DNA from: Chthoniobacteraceae bacterium | Lineage (GTDB): Bacteria; Verrucomicrobiota; Verrucomicrobiia; Chthoniobacterales; Chthoniobacteraceae | NCBI GenBank assembly: GCA_031409655.1 | Contig: JANNXQ010000025.1 | Location: 1 to 48,620, forward strand | DNA: 48,620 bases | Reading direction: 5' to 3' | Shown here: piece after piece, positions 38,422 to 47,525 of the stretch | Layout of the letters: each line of letters opens with the position of its first letter | Position numbering within the stretch: the first letter of the stretch is position 1 | Notes under the pieces: model-generated | Told to the model about the DNA's origin: nothing | Databases searched by the model: none | The model's input: only the letters and a program-made list of their open reading frames with translations | Program-made: the position numbers and the translations under genes

Positions 38422-40005
38422 ATGAATAGCAAAGTCATCATCACCAATCTCGCCGCCCTGAAAAAGAAGTACGGCGTCGCTGGCTTGAAGAGAATCAAAG
38501 CTGCCATCAAGGCGCTGATCGCAGCAGATAAGGCGCGCGGATTTCAGACGACCCTCACCGCGCTCGACAGCGCCGAGGCGATGAAAAAGGTGAAAGGCAA
38601 GAAGGTCGCCGATGCCAAAGACCCTGCGCAGAACAAAGCCGCCATCGACGCGATCTACCGCGCGCTCGTGCCTGACTACGTGATGCTCCTCGGTGCGCTC
38701 GACGTCATTCCGCATCAGGATCTGATCAATCCTGTCTTCAGTCCCGGCAACGACGACGATGAGTACGCCTACGGCGATCTGCCCTACGCCTGCGAAGCGC
38801 CTTACAGCCCGAAGGTGAAAGATTTCGTCGGACCCACGCGGGTCGTCGGGCGGCTCCCCGATCTCACCGGGGGCACCGATCCGGCCTATCTTCTCGGGTT
38901 GCTCGCCACCGCGACGGGATGGATTTCGCGCCCCGCTGCCGATTACTCCGGGGACTTTGCGATCAGCGCCGAAGTTTGGAAAAAGTCCACGGCGCTCAGT
39001 GTGCAGCGGCTTTTCGGCGCGAGCGGCACCGTGCAACTTGCCCCGCCCGGCGGACCCGCATGGGGAGCTTCGTTGCTCGCGAAACGCCCCCATTTCATCA
39101 ACTGCCACGGGGCCTCGGCCGACCCGCAATTCTATGGGCAGAAAGGCAACTCCTATCCGGTGTCACATCAGGCCGCGCGACTCGCTGGCAAAATCGCCGA
39201 GGGCACGGTCGTTGCCGTCGAATGCTGCTACGGCGCGGAACTCTACGATCCGCTCCTGGCTGGCGGCCAGGCCGGCATCTGCAGCACTTACCTCGCAGAA
39301 AAGGCCTACGGCTATTTTGGCAGCAGTACCATTGCCTACGGGCCGGCGGTCGGGAATGGGGCCGCGGATTTGATCTGCCAGTACTTCCTCCGCCGGGTCA
39401 TCGCCGGCTCATCGATCGGACGGGCGGCCCTCGAGGCGCGGCTCGAATTTGCCGGCGGTGCCGCGGAACTCGATCCCGTGGACTTGAAGACGCTCGCGCA
39501 GTTCAGCCTGCTCGGCGATCCTTCCATCCATCCCGTGGCTGCGTCCACGCCGCACGCCGTCATGGCCGCGCCGGGGACGAAAGGCCCGGCTGCAAAAGGA
39601 CTCGCGGCCGCGATCGCAAATGCGGCTGCGGCGCGCACGGATCGTCGCCGCCAATTGCTCTCGCGCGGGCTGCGCATTGGCGCATCACAACCGTGCGCAG
39701 TGAAGCTCGCAAAGGCGAAACCCGCCGGGCCGCTGATGGCTGCACTGAAGAAGCTGGCCGCGCAGTTGGACATTCCTGACCCGGACTTTCTCGCCTTTAA
39801 GATCGAGACGCCTGCCGCGCCCAAAGGCACCAAGCCTCTCTCATTAAAAGCCGGACCGAAGGCCATGATGGCGGCTCCCGATGGCTTTCACGTCGTTTCC
39901 GGTTCGCGAAACGTCTCCGCGTTAAAGACGCCGCAAATCGTCGCGATGGTGGCGAAGGAAGTGGGCGGAAAAATTGTGTCGTATCGCGAGATGCACGGCC
40001 GATAA
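38422..40005 (+). CDS. C25 (gingipain-like, clan CD) cysteine peptidase
   Basis: YVMLLG...IP, GDLPYA, VGRLP, INCHG (His), ECCYG (Cys), YFGSS, FSLLGDP. No signal peptide. Confidence 0.85.
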   Translation: MNSKVIITNLAALKKKYGVAGLKRIKAAIKALIAADKARGFQTTLTALDSAEAMKKVKGKKVADAKDPAQNKAAIDAIYRALVPDYVMLLGALDVIPHQDLINPVFSPGNDDDEYAYGDLPYACEAPYSPKVKDFVGPTRVVGRLPDLTGGTDPAYLLGLLATATGWISRPAADYSGDFAISAEVWKKSTALSVQRLFGASGTVQLAPPGGPAWGASLLAKRPHFINCHGASADPQFYGQKGNSYPVSHQAARLAGKIAEGTVVAVECCYGAELYDPLLAGGQAGICSTYLAEKAYGYFGSSTIAYGPAVGNGAADLICQYFLRRVIAGSSIGRAALEARLEFAGGAAELDPVDLKTLAQFSLLGDPSIHPVAASTPHAVMAAPGTKGPAAKGLAAAIANAAAARTDRRRQLLSRGLRIGASQPCAVKLAKAKPAGPLMAALKKLAAQLDIPDPDFLAFKIETPAAPKGTKPLSLKAGPKAMMAAPDGFHVVSGSRNVSALKTPQIVAMVAKEVGGKIVSYREMHGR

Positions 40006-40025
40006 GTGCTGCTACGCTGCGGGCT

Positions 40026-40271
40026 GTGAAGCCACAGCAACTCATCGGACGCGTGGTCAAGGAGCCCTTCGCCAAGGGTTCGAAAAGCGAACACGACGCC
40101 GTTCTGCTGCTCGTGGACGGCCAACGCTACGTGCTGCGCCGGCAGGGCGGCCATGCCTTCTGTGATCCCGCACTCGACGCGCTTGTCGGGAAGACGATCT
40201 GCGGCACGGGCCTGCTCAACGGCTACACTTTCCTCCTGAGCGAATGGTCTGAGCCGGGCGGGAACCGCTGA
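40026..40271 (+). CDS. Small beta-rich hypothetical protein (81 aa), last gene of the protease cluster
   Basis: GTG start 20 nt after the C25 stop; GSKSEHDAVLL...YVLRRQGG...LVGK looks like a compact beta-barrel. Confidence 0.7.
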   Translation: MKPQQLIGRVVKEPFAKGSKSEHDAVLLLVDGQRYVLRRQGGHAFCDPALDALVGKTICGTGLLNGYTFLLSEWSEPGGNR

Positions 40272-40287
40272 CCCAGACGGGCGCGCC

Positions 40288-42105
40288 TTAGACGACCTTC
40301 TGCACGGCGCGCTTGCGCAGGTTTGCGTCGAGGATCTTTTTCCGGAGGCGCAGGCTCTTTGGCGTCGCTTCGACGTATTCATCGGGGCCGATGTATTCGA
40401 GGGCGCGCTCCAGACTCATGGTCAGCGGGGGCGAGAGCGAGATGCCTTTGCCGTCGCCGGTGGAGCGCATGTTGCTCAGCTTTTTGGCGCGGCAAGGATT
40501 CACCGGCATGTCGTCGGGGCGGGCGTTTTCACCGATGATCATACCTTCGTAAATTTCCGCCTGCGCGCCGATGAAGAGGCGGCCGCGTTCCTGGATGGTC
40601 TCGAGCGAGTAGGCGGTGGAGATGCCGCCCTCCATGGCGACGAGCACGCCATTGAAGCGCGTGGCAATGTCGCCTTTGTAGGGGCCGTATTCTTTGAAGA
40701 TGTGCGACATGATGCCGTGGCCTTTGGTGGCGTTCACGAGATCCGTCTCGAAACCGATGAGCCCGCGCGTGGGCACCACGGCCTGGACGGTCACGGTCTT
40801 CGGCAAATGCTCCATATGGATGATGTCGGCTTTCCGTCCAGCGAGGGACTGGAGGATGGTGCCGAGATCTTCGTTGGGCACTTCGACGTAGAGGGTCTCG
40901 AAGGGTTCCATGAGCGTGCCTTCGTCGTCGCGCTGGAAGATGACCTCGGGGCGCGAGATCAGGATCTCAAAGCCTTCGCGGCGCATTTGTTCGACGAGGA
41001 TGGCAACCTGCATTTCGCCGCGCGCCTTCAGTTCGAAGTGACCGGCGACGTCCGTATCGGTGAAGAAGATGGAGACGTTCGTGCGGGTCTCGCGGACGAG
41101 GCGTTCGCGGACTTGGCGGGCCGTGAGGAGCTTGCCTTCCTTGCCGGCGAGTGGGCCGTCGTTGATGCACATTTTCATCGTGATCGTGGGCGGATCGATA
41201 TCGACGAAGTGCAGCGGCAGGCGTTCTTCCGTATCGGTGATGGTCTCGCCGATGAAGGCATCTTCAAATCCGCAGATGCCGATGATGTCGCCCGCGCTGG
41301 CGTGCTGCGTCTCGACCTTCGCCAGACCGACGTGAGTGAAAATCGCGGTGATGTTCGCCCGCTCGCGGCGGTTTTCCTTGCCGATGCGGACCACGGTGTC
41401 GCCGACTTTCACGCGACCACTGACGATGCGCCCGTAAGCGATTCGGCCGAGGTAGTCGGAGTAGTCGAGGTTTGAGATGAGGAATTGGAAGAAGCTCACG
41501 TCGCTCTTGGGCGGCGGCGGGATGTGTTTGATGATGGCCTCGTAGAGCGGCTCCATCGTGGTGCTGCTCTCGTGGATTTCCTTCATCGCGTAGCCAGCCT
41601 TCGCGGAGGCGTAGATCACTGGGAAATCGAGCTGTAGATCGGAGGCGTTGAGTTCGATGAAGAGATCGAAAATCATGTCGAGCACCTTGTGCGGGCGGGC
41701 GTTCTCGCGGTCGATCTTGTTGATCACCACGATCGGCTTCGCGCCCTTCTCGAGCGCCTTGCGGAGCACAAATTTCGTCTGCGCCTGCGGTCCGTCGTGG
41801 GCATCGACCACGAGCAGCACGCCGTCGATCATCTTCATGATGCGCTCGACCTCGCCGCCGAAATCGGCGTGGCCAGGCGTGTCCACGATGTTCACATGGT
41901 AGTCGTGGTACTTAAAGGCGGCGTTCTTCGCGCGGATGGTGATGCCCTTCTCCCGCTCCAGATCCATGGAGTCCATGATGCGGATTTCGGAGGACTTGGC
42001 CTCGTTCGCGCGGAAGGTGCCAGCCTGCTTCAGGAGCTGATCGACGAGAGTGGTCTTGCCGTGATCGACGTGCGCGATGATGGCGATATTGCGAATGTGT
42101 TCCAT
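40288..42105 (-). CDS. typA: Translational GTPase TypA/BipA
   Basis: [74 protein letters not shown]. Confidence 0.97.
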   Translation of the reverse strand: MEHIRNIAIIAHVDHGKTTLVDQLLKQAGTFRANEAKSSEIRIMDSMDLEREKGITIRAKNAAFKYHDYHVNIVDTPGHADFGGEVERIMKMIDGVLLVVDAHDGPQAQTKFVLRKALEKGAKPIVVINKIDRENARPHKVLDMIFDLFIELNASDLQLDFPVIYASAKAGYAMKEIHESSTTMEPLYEAIIKHIPPPPKSDVSFFQFLISNLDYSDYLGRIAYGRIVSGRVKVGDTVVRIGKENRRERANITAIFTHVGLAKVETQHASAGDIIGICGFEDAFIGETITDTEERLPLHFVDIDPPTITMKMCINDGPLAGKEGKLLTARQVRERLVRETRTNVSIFFTDTDVAGHFELKARGEMQVAILVEQMRREGFEILISRPEVIFQRDDEGTLMEPFETLYVEVPNEDLGTILQSLAGRKADIIHMEHLPKTVTVQAVVPTRGLIGFETDLVNATKGHGIMSHIFKEYGPYKGDIATRFNGVLVAMEGGISTAYSLETIQERGRLFIGAQAEIYEGMIIGENARPDDMPVNPCRAKKLSNMRSTGDGKGISLSPPLTMSLERALEYIGPDEYVEATPKSLRLRKKILDANLRKRAVQKVV

Positions 42106-42279
42106 GTGGTCCGTGTCTAGGTCGGGTTTCAAAAAGGGGCGGGACTATGTGGGCCGGTGCCCGTGGCGTCAATCGAGGTTCTTGTGAAGTTTTGGCGCGC
42201 CTGCCGAGAGGGCAAGCATCGGGTGCGGGTTGTTTTCGGTTGCCGGCCGAAAAGGTTTCGCGGCAGAGTCCGCGCCCAC

Positions 42280-43161
42280 ATGGACCTTTCGCAGTATCTT
42301 TCCACCCGGAGTGCGCTGGTGGACCGGGCTCTGGATCAGCACCTGCCGAAAGCCACGACCAAGCCGGCCACGATTCACAAGGCGATGCGCTACAGCCTCT
42401 TTGCCGGTGGCAAACGCCTGCGTCCCATCCTCGCGCTCGCCGCGGCGGAGGCCTGCGGGGGCGCCGTTTCCGAGGCTTTGCCGGCCGCGTGTGCGGTCGA
42501 GTGCATCCACACCTACTCGCTCATTCACGATGATCTTCCGTGCATGGATGACGATGATCTCCGGCGCGGGCGACCGACCGCGCACAAAGTTTTCGGCGAA
42601 GGGATCGCCGTGCTCGCGGGGGATGCGCTCCTGACCATCGCGTTTGAAATTCTCGCGCACACTGCGCCAACGAAGCGCTCCTCCACTGCCGCGCTCATCG
42701 GTGAATTGGCCGGCGCCTCGGGAAGCAAATGGCTCATCGGCGGGCAGGTCGCCGATCTGGAAGGGGAGGGGAGGAAGATCACCGGCACCGAGCTGCGCTA
42801 CATCCATCGGTGCAAGACGGCGGCGCTGCTCACCGCGAGCCTCCGCCTCGGCGCGATGAGCGCGAATGCCGCGCCGGCGCGGCTGGCGAGCCTCACCGAT
42901 TTCGGCCAGGCGCTCGGGCTCGCGTTCCAGATCATCGACGACATCCTCGACGTGACGCAGACGACCGAAAAGCTCGGCAAGACCGCCGGTAAAGACGCCG
43001 AAGCGACGAAGGCGACTTTCCCCGCAGTCTACGGCCTCGTCCGCTCGCGAGCCGAGGCGCACCGGCTCACGACCGCCGCGCATGCCGCGCTCAAGCCGCT
43101 CGGCACAAAAGCCGCACGCCTCCGCGAGATCGCCGACTACCTCCTGGCGCGCGAGTACTGA
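42280..43161 (+). CDS. ispA: Farnesyl/geranylgeranyl diphosphate synthase
   Basis: GGKRLRP, HTYSLIHDDLPCMDDDDLRRGRPT, AGDALL, GQVAD, FQIIDDILD, GKD...KATF. Confidence 0.93.
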   Translation: MDLSQYLSTRSALVDRALDQHLPKATTKPATIHKAMRYSLFAGGKRLRPILALAAAEACGGAVSEALPAACAVECIHTYSLIHDDLPCMDDDDLRRGRPTAHKVFGEGIAVLAGDALLTIAFEILAHTAPTKRSSTAALIGELAGASGSKWLIGGQVADLEGEGRKITGTELRYIHRCKTAALLTASLRLGAMSANAAPARLASLTDFGQALGLAFQIIDDILDVTQTTEKLGKTAGKDAEATKATFPAVYGLVRSRAEAHRLTTAAHAALKPLGTKAARLREIADYLLAREY

Positions 43162-43178
43162 GTCTCGGAGCGCGCGTC

Positions 43179-43872
43179 CCGCCGTCTGTGTGGGAATTGC
43201 TTGTCAGCGAGCACCGGTTTCCCTCTCTTCCCGCGCACCCACCCATGGCATCCAACTACACTGAAGCCAGCATCAAGACCCTCAGTTCGCTGGAGCACAT
43301 CCGCCTCCGCCCCGGCATGTATATCGGGCGGCTGGGCAATGGCGCCCACGCGGAGGACGGCATCTACGTGCTGCTCAAGGAAACGATCGATAACTCGATC
43401 GACGAATTCATGATGGGGCAGGGGAAGCGAATCGAGGTGGAGATCACCGATCGCAGCGTGAAGGTGCGCGACTACGGACGTGGCATCCCGCTGGGAAAAC
43501 TCGTGGATTGCGTCTCGATCATCAACACGGGCGCGAAGTACGACAGCGAGACTTTCCAAAAAGCCGTCGGGCTCAATGGCGTCGGGCAGAAGGCGGTGAA
43601 TGCGCTCTCGCTGAACTACCGCGCGCAGGCCATCCGCGAGGGCGAGAGCAAAGTCGTTGACTTTGAAAAGGGGAAGCTCACGTCGCAGTCGCGCGTCACG
43701 AAGACCGAGGAGCGCAATGGCACGCTCGTGGAGTTCACGCCGGATGAGGCGCTCTTCGGCAAGGACTTCAAGTTCCGCACCGAGTTCGTCGAGGACATGC
43801 TGTGGAAGTACGCGTTCCTCAACCGCGGCCTCACACTCACGCTCAATGCCCAGCGCTTTAAGTCAGAGCACG
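43179..43872 (+). repeat. Direct repeat copy 1 (parE upstream region plus 5' coding region); copy 2 at about 47460-48153
   Basis: Shared GTCTGTGTGGGAATTGCTTGTCAGCG and TCTCTTCCCGCGCACC leader. Manual comparison gives about 44 differences in ~627 coding nt. Confidence 0.9.
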
Positions 43873-43913
43873 AGCGGAAGGAACTCGCCGGAGTCCATGC
43901 GGAGGGAGAGTGA
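43245..43913 (+). pseudogene. parE: Truncated, internally deleted copy of topoisomerase IV subunit B
   Basis: ~209 codons align with 47526-48153, then jump to EHERKE (48604-48620) and stop 12 codons after the junction. Confidence 0.88.
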
Positions 43914-43925
43914 AGCGCCGGCGCT

Positions 43926-45071
43926 TCAAGGGATTTCGGCACACGGCGGCACCGCGGCGCGGCTGCCGAGCCATTCCTCCCACTGTCCGGCGCGGATTGC
44001 CCAGGTGGCGTTCTGTCGGACGTAGTCGATCTGTCGGCGCATGAATTCCTCGGCGACCGCGAGGCCGCTCGTGGATTCGGTCAGCGCCTCGACAGTGTTG
44101 CGGACAAAGGCGCTCAGATAGTCCGCCCGAGTCCCGGGGATCGGCACGAGCCGCGCAAATCCGGCGGAGGTTTCGCGCAACGCACCGAGATCGCTGGTGA
44201 CGATGCGGCAGCCGGCGGACATGGCTTCGAGGACGGAGATGCAGGAGGTCTCGGGAAAACAGTTCGGGTAGGCGAACACGCGGACTGCGCGTAGCTCCCG
44301 GGCGAGGACCGGTTGCGCCACGGAGCCGAGGTATTCGACTCCGGGAGTCTCGCGGCAGCGTTGATAGAGCGCTCCATATTCCGCCTGCTCCTGATCCGGA
44401 GCGACCCGATAAACCTGCATGCCCGAGAAGACGCGGAGCCGAGCCTCGGGGAAGGCGGCACGGATTGCTGGAAAAGCCTCAAGGAGCAGATCAAGCCCGC
44501 GAAACGGCGTGCTCGTATAGGCGAGGATGGGCGGTGTCGCCTTGTGGGGTTCGACTGAGCCGGCATCGGGAAAGAGGTCCTGAAACGCGGGGGCGATGGC
44601 ATTGCGCAGCACCACGGAGCGGTCCGGGTCGATGGAAAACTGGCGGAGGAATTCCTGGCGTTGCCACTCGCTGACGAAGACAAACGCATCGTAACTCTGC
44701 TGCTCGCTGGATTGACCCAGCAACTGCACGCTCTGCTGATCGCAGCGATGCTGGGTCCAGAGAATCAGCCGTGTCGCTGGGTCGAGCGCGTTGCGGAGAG
44801 GGACGCCGTTCCCGGCGCTCAGGATACCGACGAACACATCGAGGCCGAGCGAGCGCAGCGACTCCACGGACGTCTCCGCCCAGGACCGACACTGGACGCC
44901 CGCGTGCAGCCCAGGCGCGGTGGTCAGGGTGAAAAACCAAACCTCGTGCCCCCGCTGGACGAGGGCCTGGGCCAGGTAGCTGGCGGCGGACGAAGAGCCG
45001 CCGAGCGGGGTGGACTCGACGCTCCCTGCGTGGAAATCCCAGCCGGAAAATTCCCCGAACGCGATTTTCAT
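43926..45071 (-). CDS. GT4-like (GT-B fold) glycosyltransferase
   Basis: PLGGSSSA, GHEV, FVFVSEWQ, LRNAI, YTSTPFRGL, YPNCFPETSCISVLEAMSAGCRIVTSDLGALRE; ATGA overlap with the upstream gene. Confidence 0.9.
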   Translation of the reverse strand: MKIAFGEFSGWDFHAGSVESTPLGGSSSAASYLAQALVQRGHEVWFFTLTTAPGLHAGVQCRSWAETSVESLRSLGLDVFVGILSAGNGVPLRNALDPATRLILWTQHRCDQQSVQLLGQSSEQQSYDAFVFVSEWQRQEFLRQFSIDPDRSVVLRNAIAPAFQDLFPDAGSVEPHKATPPILAYTSTPFRGLDLLLEAFPAIRAAFPEARLRVFSGMQVYRVAPDQEQAEYGALYQRCRETPGVEYLGSVAQPVLARELRAVRVFAYPNCFPETSCISVLEAMSAGCRIVTSDLGALRETSAGFARLVPIPGTRADYLSAFVRNTVEALTESTSGLAVAEEFMRRQIDYVRQNATWAIRAGQWEEWLGSRAAVPPCAEIP

Positions 45072-47032
45072 CCGGCGCACCACTCCCTCCACATCGTGCG
45101 AAAGGCATTCTCGAGGCCGCGGGTGAAACGGGCCGCGTCCATCAGCGGCGAAGCTTGCAAGCGGGTGCGCAAGCCGGCGCGCAGTGCGGCGAGGTGCGGC
45201 AGGTCGCCTGCCAGTTCGCGGGCGATGCGGAGATACTCCTCGGCCTTGAAGGCGACAAGTTCCGGCAGGCCGGCGTTCGTGAGCAGGCTCAGGCCTCCGC
45301 GCGAGACCGGCGTCTCGCCAGCGAGGCTGACCACCGGCACGCCCATCCATAGAGCATCGCAGGTGGTCATGTGGCCATTGTAGGGGAAGGGATCGAGCGC
45401 GATATCGATCCTCCGATAGAGCGTCAGATAGTCTGCGCGCGAGAGCTTGCCCGTGAATTCGATCCGGCTGCTTCCGATGCCGCCCGCAGCGAAGTGGGCG
45501 AGCACACGCGACCGGGCGGCGCCCTCCGGACAGAGCAGGAGCAAGCGGGCTTCGGGCAGGGAGCGGAGGAGTTCGGTCCAGAGGTGAAGCACCGGGTCAT
45601 TCACCTTGGAAAAACGGCTCAGGCAGCCGAAAACCACGCCCTTTGCCGAGGCCGCGGGAAGTTCGCTTACCATCGGGGTGTCATCCAGCGGATCGAAAAG
45701 CCAGAAACTGTCCGGCAATCGGAACTCTTGCCCGAATTCCGGCTCCGCCACGGTGCCGGGCGGATCCAGGAAGCGATCGGTCACGCGCCATGCGATCGTC
45801 TCGAGACCGGTCGCACCGGGGTAGCCCGCGAAGCTGGCCTGAACGGGTGCTGGCTGCCGGGCAAACACCGGAAGGCGATTCCCTGCGGTGTGCAGGGCGA
45901 GATCGACGAGGAGATCGATCCGGTCGTCGCGCACCTGGGCAGCCAGCCGGTCGTCGCTCCAGGATGCGGTGTCCCGCCAGAGGCTCACGCATTCGCGAAG
46001 TCGGGCGGTCGTCGTGTCAGCGGGAAACGCATCCGAATAGCAGACGACTTCGACCTGCGCCGGATCGTGGGCGCGCAACACTGGCAGGAGATGCCGGGCC
46101 ACCGGGTGATCCCGCAGGTCCGGCGAAACATACCCGACCCGGAGACGGCGGTCCGGCGCACGATCGTGGACGGACGGGGGCGTGCTGGGGCGCAGACTTT
46201 CGCCGTGCTGGCACCACCAGCGCTGGCACTCCCCGGCGATGGTTTCGCGGCCGACGCCGGGCGCCATCTGGAGCATGAAAATGATATTGCTGTGCACGCC
46301 CGCGAGGGAGGGATCGAGCGCCACGCTGCGCCGCGTGCAGTCGAGCGCCTCGTCGAGTAAGCCCGCCTCCCACAAGGTTTGCCCCAGATTGTTCCACGGC
46401 TGCGCGATGTCGGGGGCGCACTCGATTGCTTTCCGGTAGGCGAGGGCTGCAGCCTCCACTTGCGCCTGAAGGTTGAGGGCATTCCCCAGATGGTTCCAGA
46501 GAGGCGCGGACCCCGGCAGGCGACGGACCGCTTCCTGATAGACGGCGACCACGCCGGCGTGATCGCCCAAACCGGAAAGTGCGGCCCCGAGCAGGACGTA
46601 GGTGCGTTCATCATCTGGCTGGTGTGCGAGGAAGCGCTGGAAGCAAACTGCGGCGTCGTCGAAGCGTTCCTGTTTCAGACGGGTGTTGCCCGCGTTGAAG
46701 AACACGTTGACGAAATTCGGATCGAGTTGCAGCGCCTGTTCGAAAGAAGCGATTGCGGGTTCGCACTCTCCGAGGTCGTGCAGGATAAGTCCGAGGTTGT
46801 TCCGGTAAATCGCGTCCGCGGGAGCCGTGGCGATCGCCTGCTCGATCCACTGCCGCGCCTCCGCGATTCGACCGGCGCGAAGAGCCATCAGACCGAGTTC
46901 GTGCATGAGGTCCGGATTCCCGGGATGCGTCGTGAGGAGCTGCCAGTAGATCGCTTCCGCGTCGGCCAGTCGGCCTGCCGCCGTGTGCTGGGCGGCCAGG
47001 GCGAGCCATTGCTGGTCGGAGAGGATCGTCAC
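45068..47032 (-). CDS. TPR-containing GT41 protein glycosyltransferase (OGT/SPINDLY-like)
   Basis: About seven TPRs, then RLRVGYVSPDLRDHPV, IDLLVDL..HT, APVQ...GYPGATG, FSKVN, DIALDPFPYNG..TTCDALWMGVPVV. Confidence 0.93.
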   Translation of the reverse strand: MTILSDQQWLALAAQHTAAGRLADAEAIYWQLLTTHPGNPDLMHELGLMALRAGRIAEARQWIEQAIATAPADAIYRNNLGLILHDLGECEPAIASFEQALQLDPNFVNVFFNAGNTRLKQERFDDAAVCFQRFLAHQPDDERTYVLLGAALSGLGDHAGVVAVYQEAVRRLPGSAPLWNHLGNALNLQAQVEAAALAYRKAIECAPDIAQPWNNLGQTLWEAGLLDEALDCTRRSVALDPSLAGVHSNIIFMLQMAPGVGRETIAGECQRWWCQHGESLRPSTPPSVHDRAPDRRLRVGYVSPDLRDHPVARHLLPVLRAHDPAQVEVVCYSDAFPADTTTARLRECVSLWRDTASWSDDRLAAQVRDDRIDLLVDLALHTAGNRLPVFARQPAPVQASFAGYPGATGLETIAWRVTDRFLDPPGTVAEPEFGQEFRLPDSFWLFDPLDDTPMVSELPAASAKGVVFGCLSRFSKVNDPVLHLWTELLRSLPEARLLLLCPEGAARSRVLAHFAAGGIGSSRIEFTGKLSRADYLTLYRRIDIALDPFPYNGHMTTCDALWMGVPVVSLAGETPVSRGGLSLLTNAGLPELVAFKAEEYLRIARELAGDLPHLAALRAGLRTRLQASPLMDAARFTRGLENAFRTMWREWCAG

Positions 47033-47077
47033 GTGCGCAGTTTATCGCCCGGTCCCGTGCGCGGCGGCAAGTCCGGC

Positions 47078-47458
47078 TTATCCGCACAGCGCTCGAATCC
47101 GCGGACTGCGAGCCCGAGCTGCGGATGCGGGACATAGAGCGGCTTTTCCCCTGAAGGCTATGCAATCACCGTTCTTCAGCGCGAGCGCCAGGGCAGCGTC
47201 CCAATCTGGTTCTAAATCGTCATCATAATCCTCCGCCAACGGAGTAAGCCGTGCGATTCGGAGCACGGCACTGCCGGTGTCCGGCTTTACGAGTAGCGCG
47301 GAACCGAAGTCATACGCGTGGGTGACCGCACCCTACGCATGCACGATTGCGGAATGCCGCGGGTGAGCGGTTTCGATGGGAGCTGTCAGGAACGTAAAAT
47401 GGTTGCAGTCAGTCTCCTTTTTCTGCCCGTCGACAATGCGGTGGTGCTGGTCGTGCGA
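47078..47458 (-). pseudogene. Fragment of an unknown gene with an in-frame TAG, cut at the parE repeat junction
   Basis: Listed ORFs 47333-47536 and 47078-47266 share a frame and are separated by a single TAG (47333-47335). Confidence 0.35.
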
Positions 47459-47525
47459 TCCGCTGTCTGTGTGGGAATTGCTTGTCAGCGTCCCTCGCTT
47501 TCCATCTCTTCCCGCGCACCAATCC

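Noticed and set aside
35782..40271. Prophage lysis cassette
   Set aside because: No holin, spanin, structural or integrase genes; neighbours are proteases.
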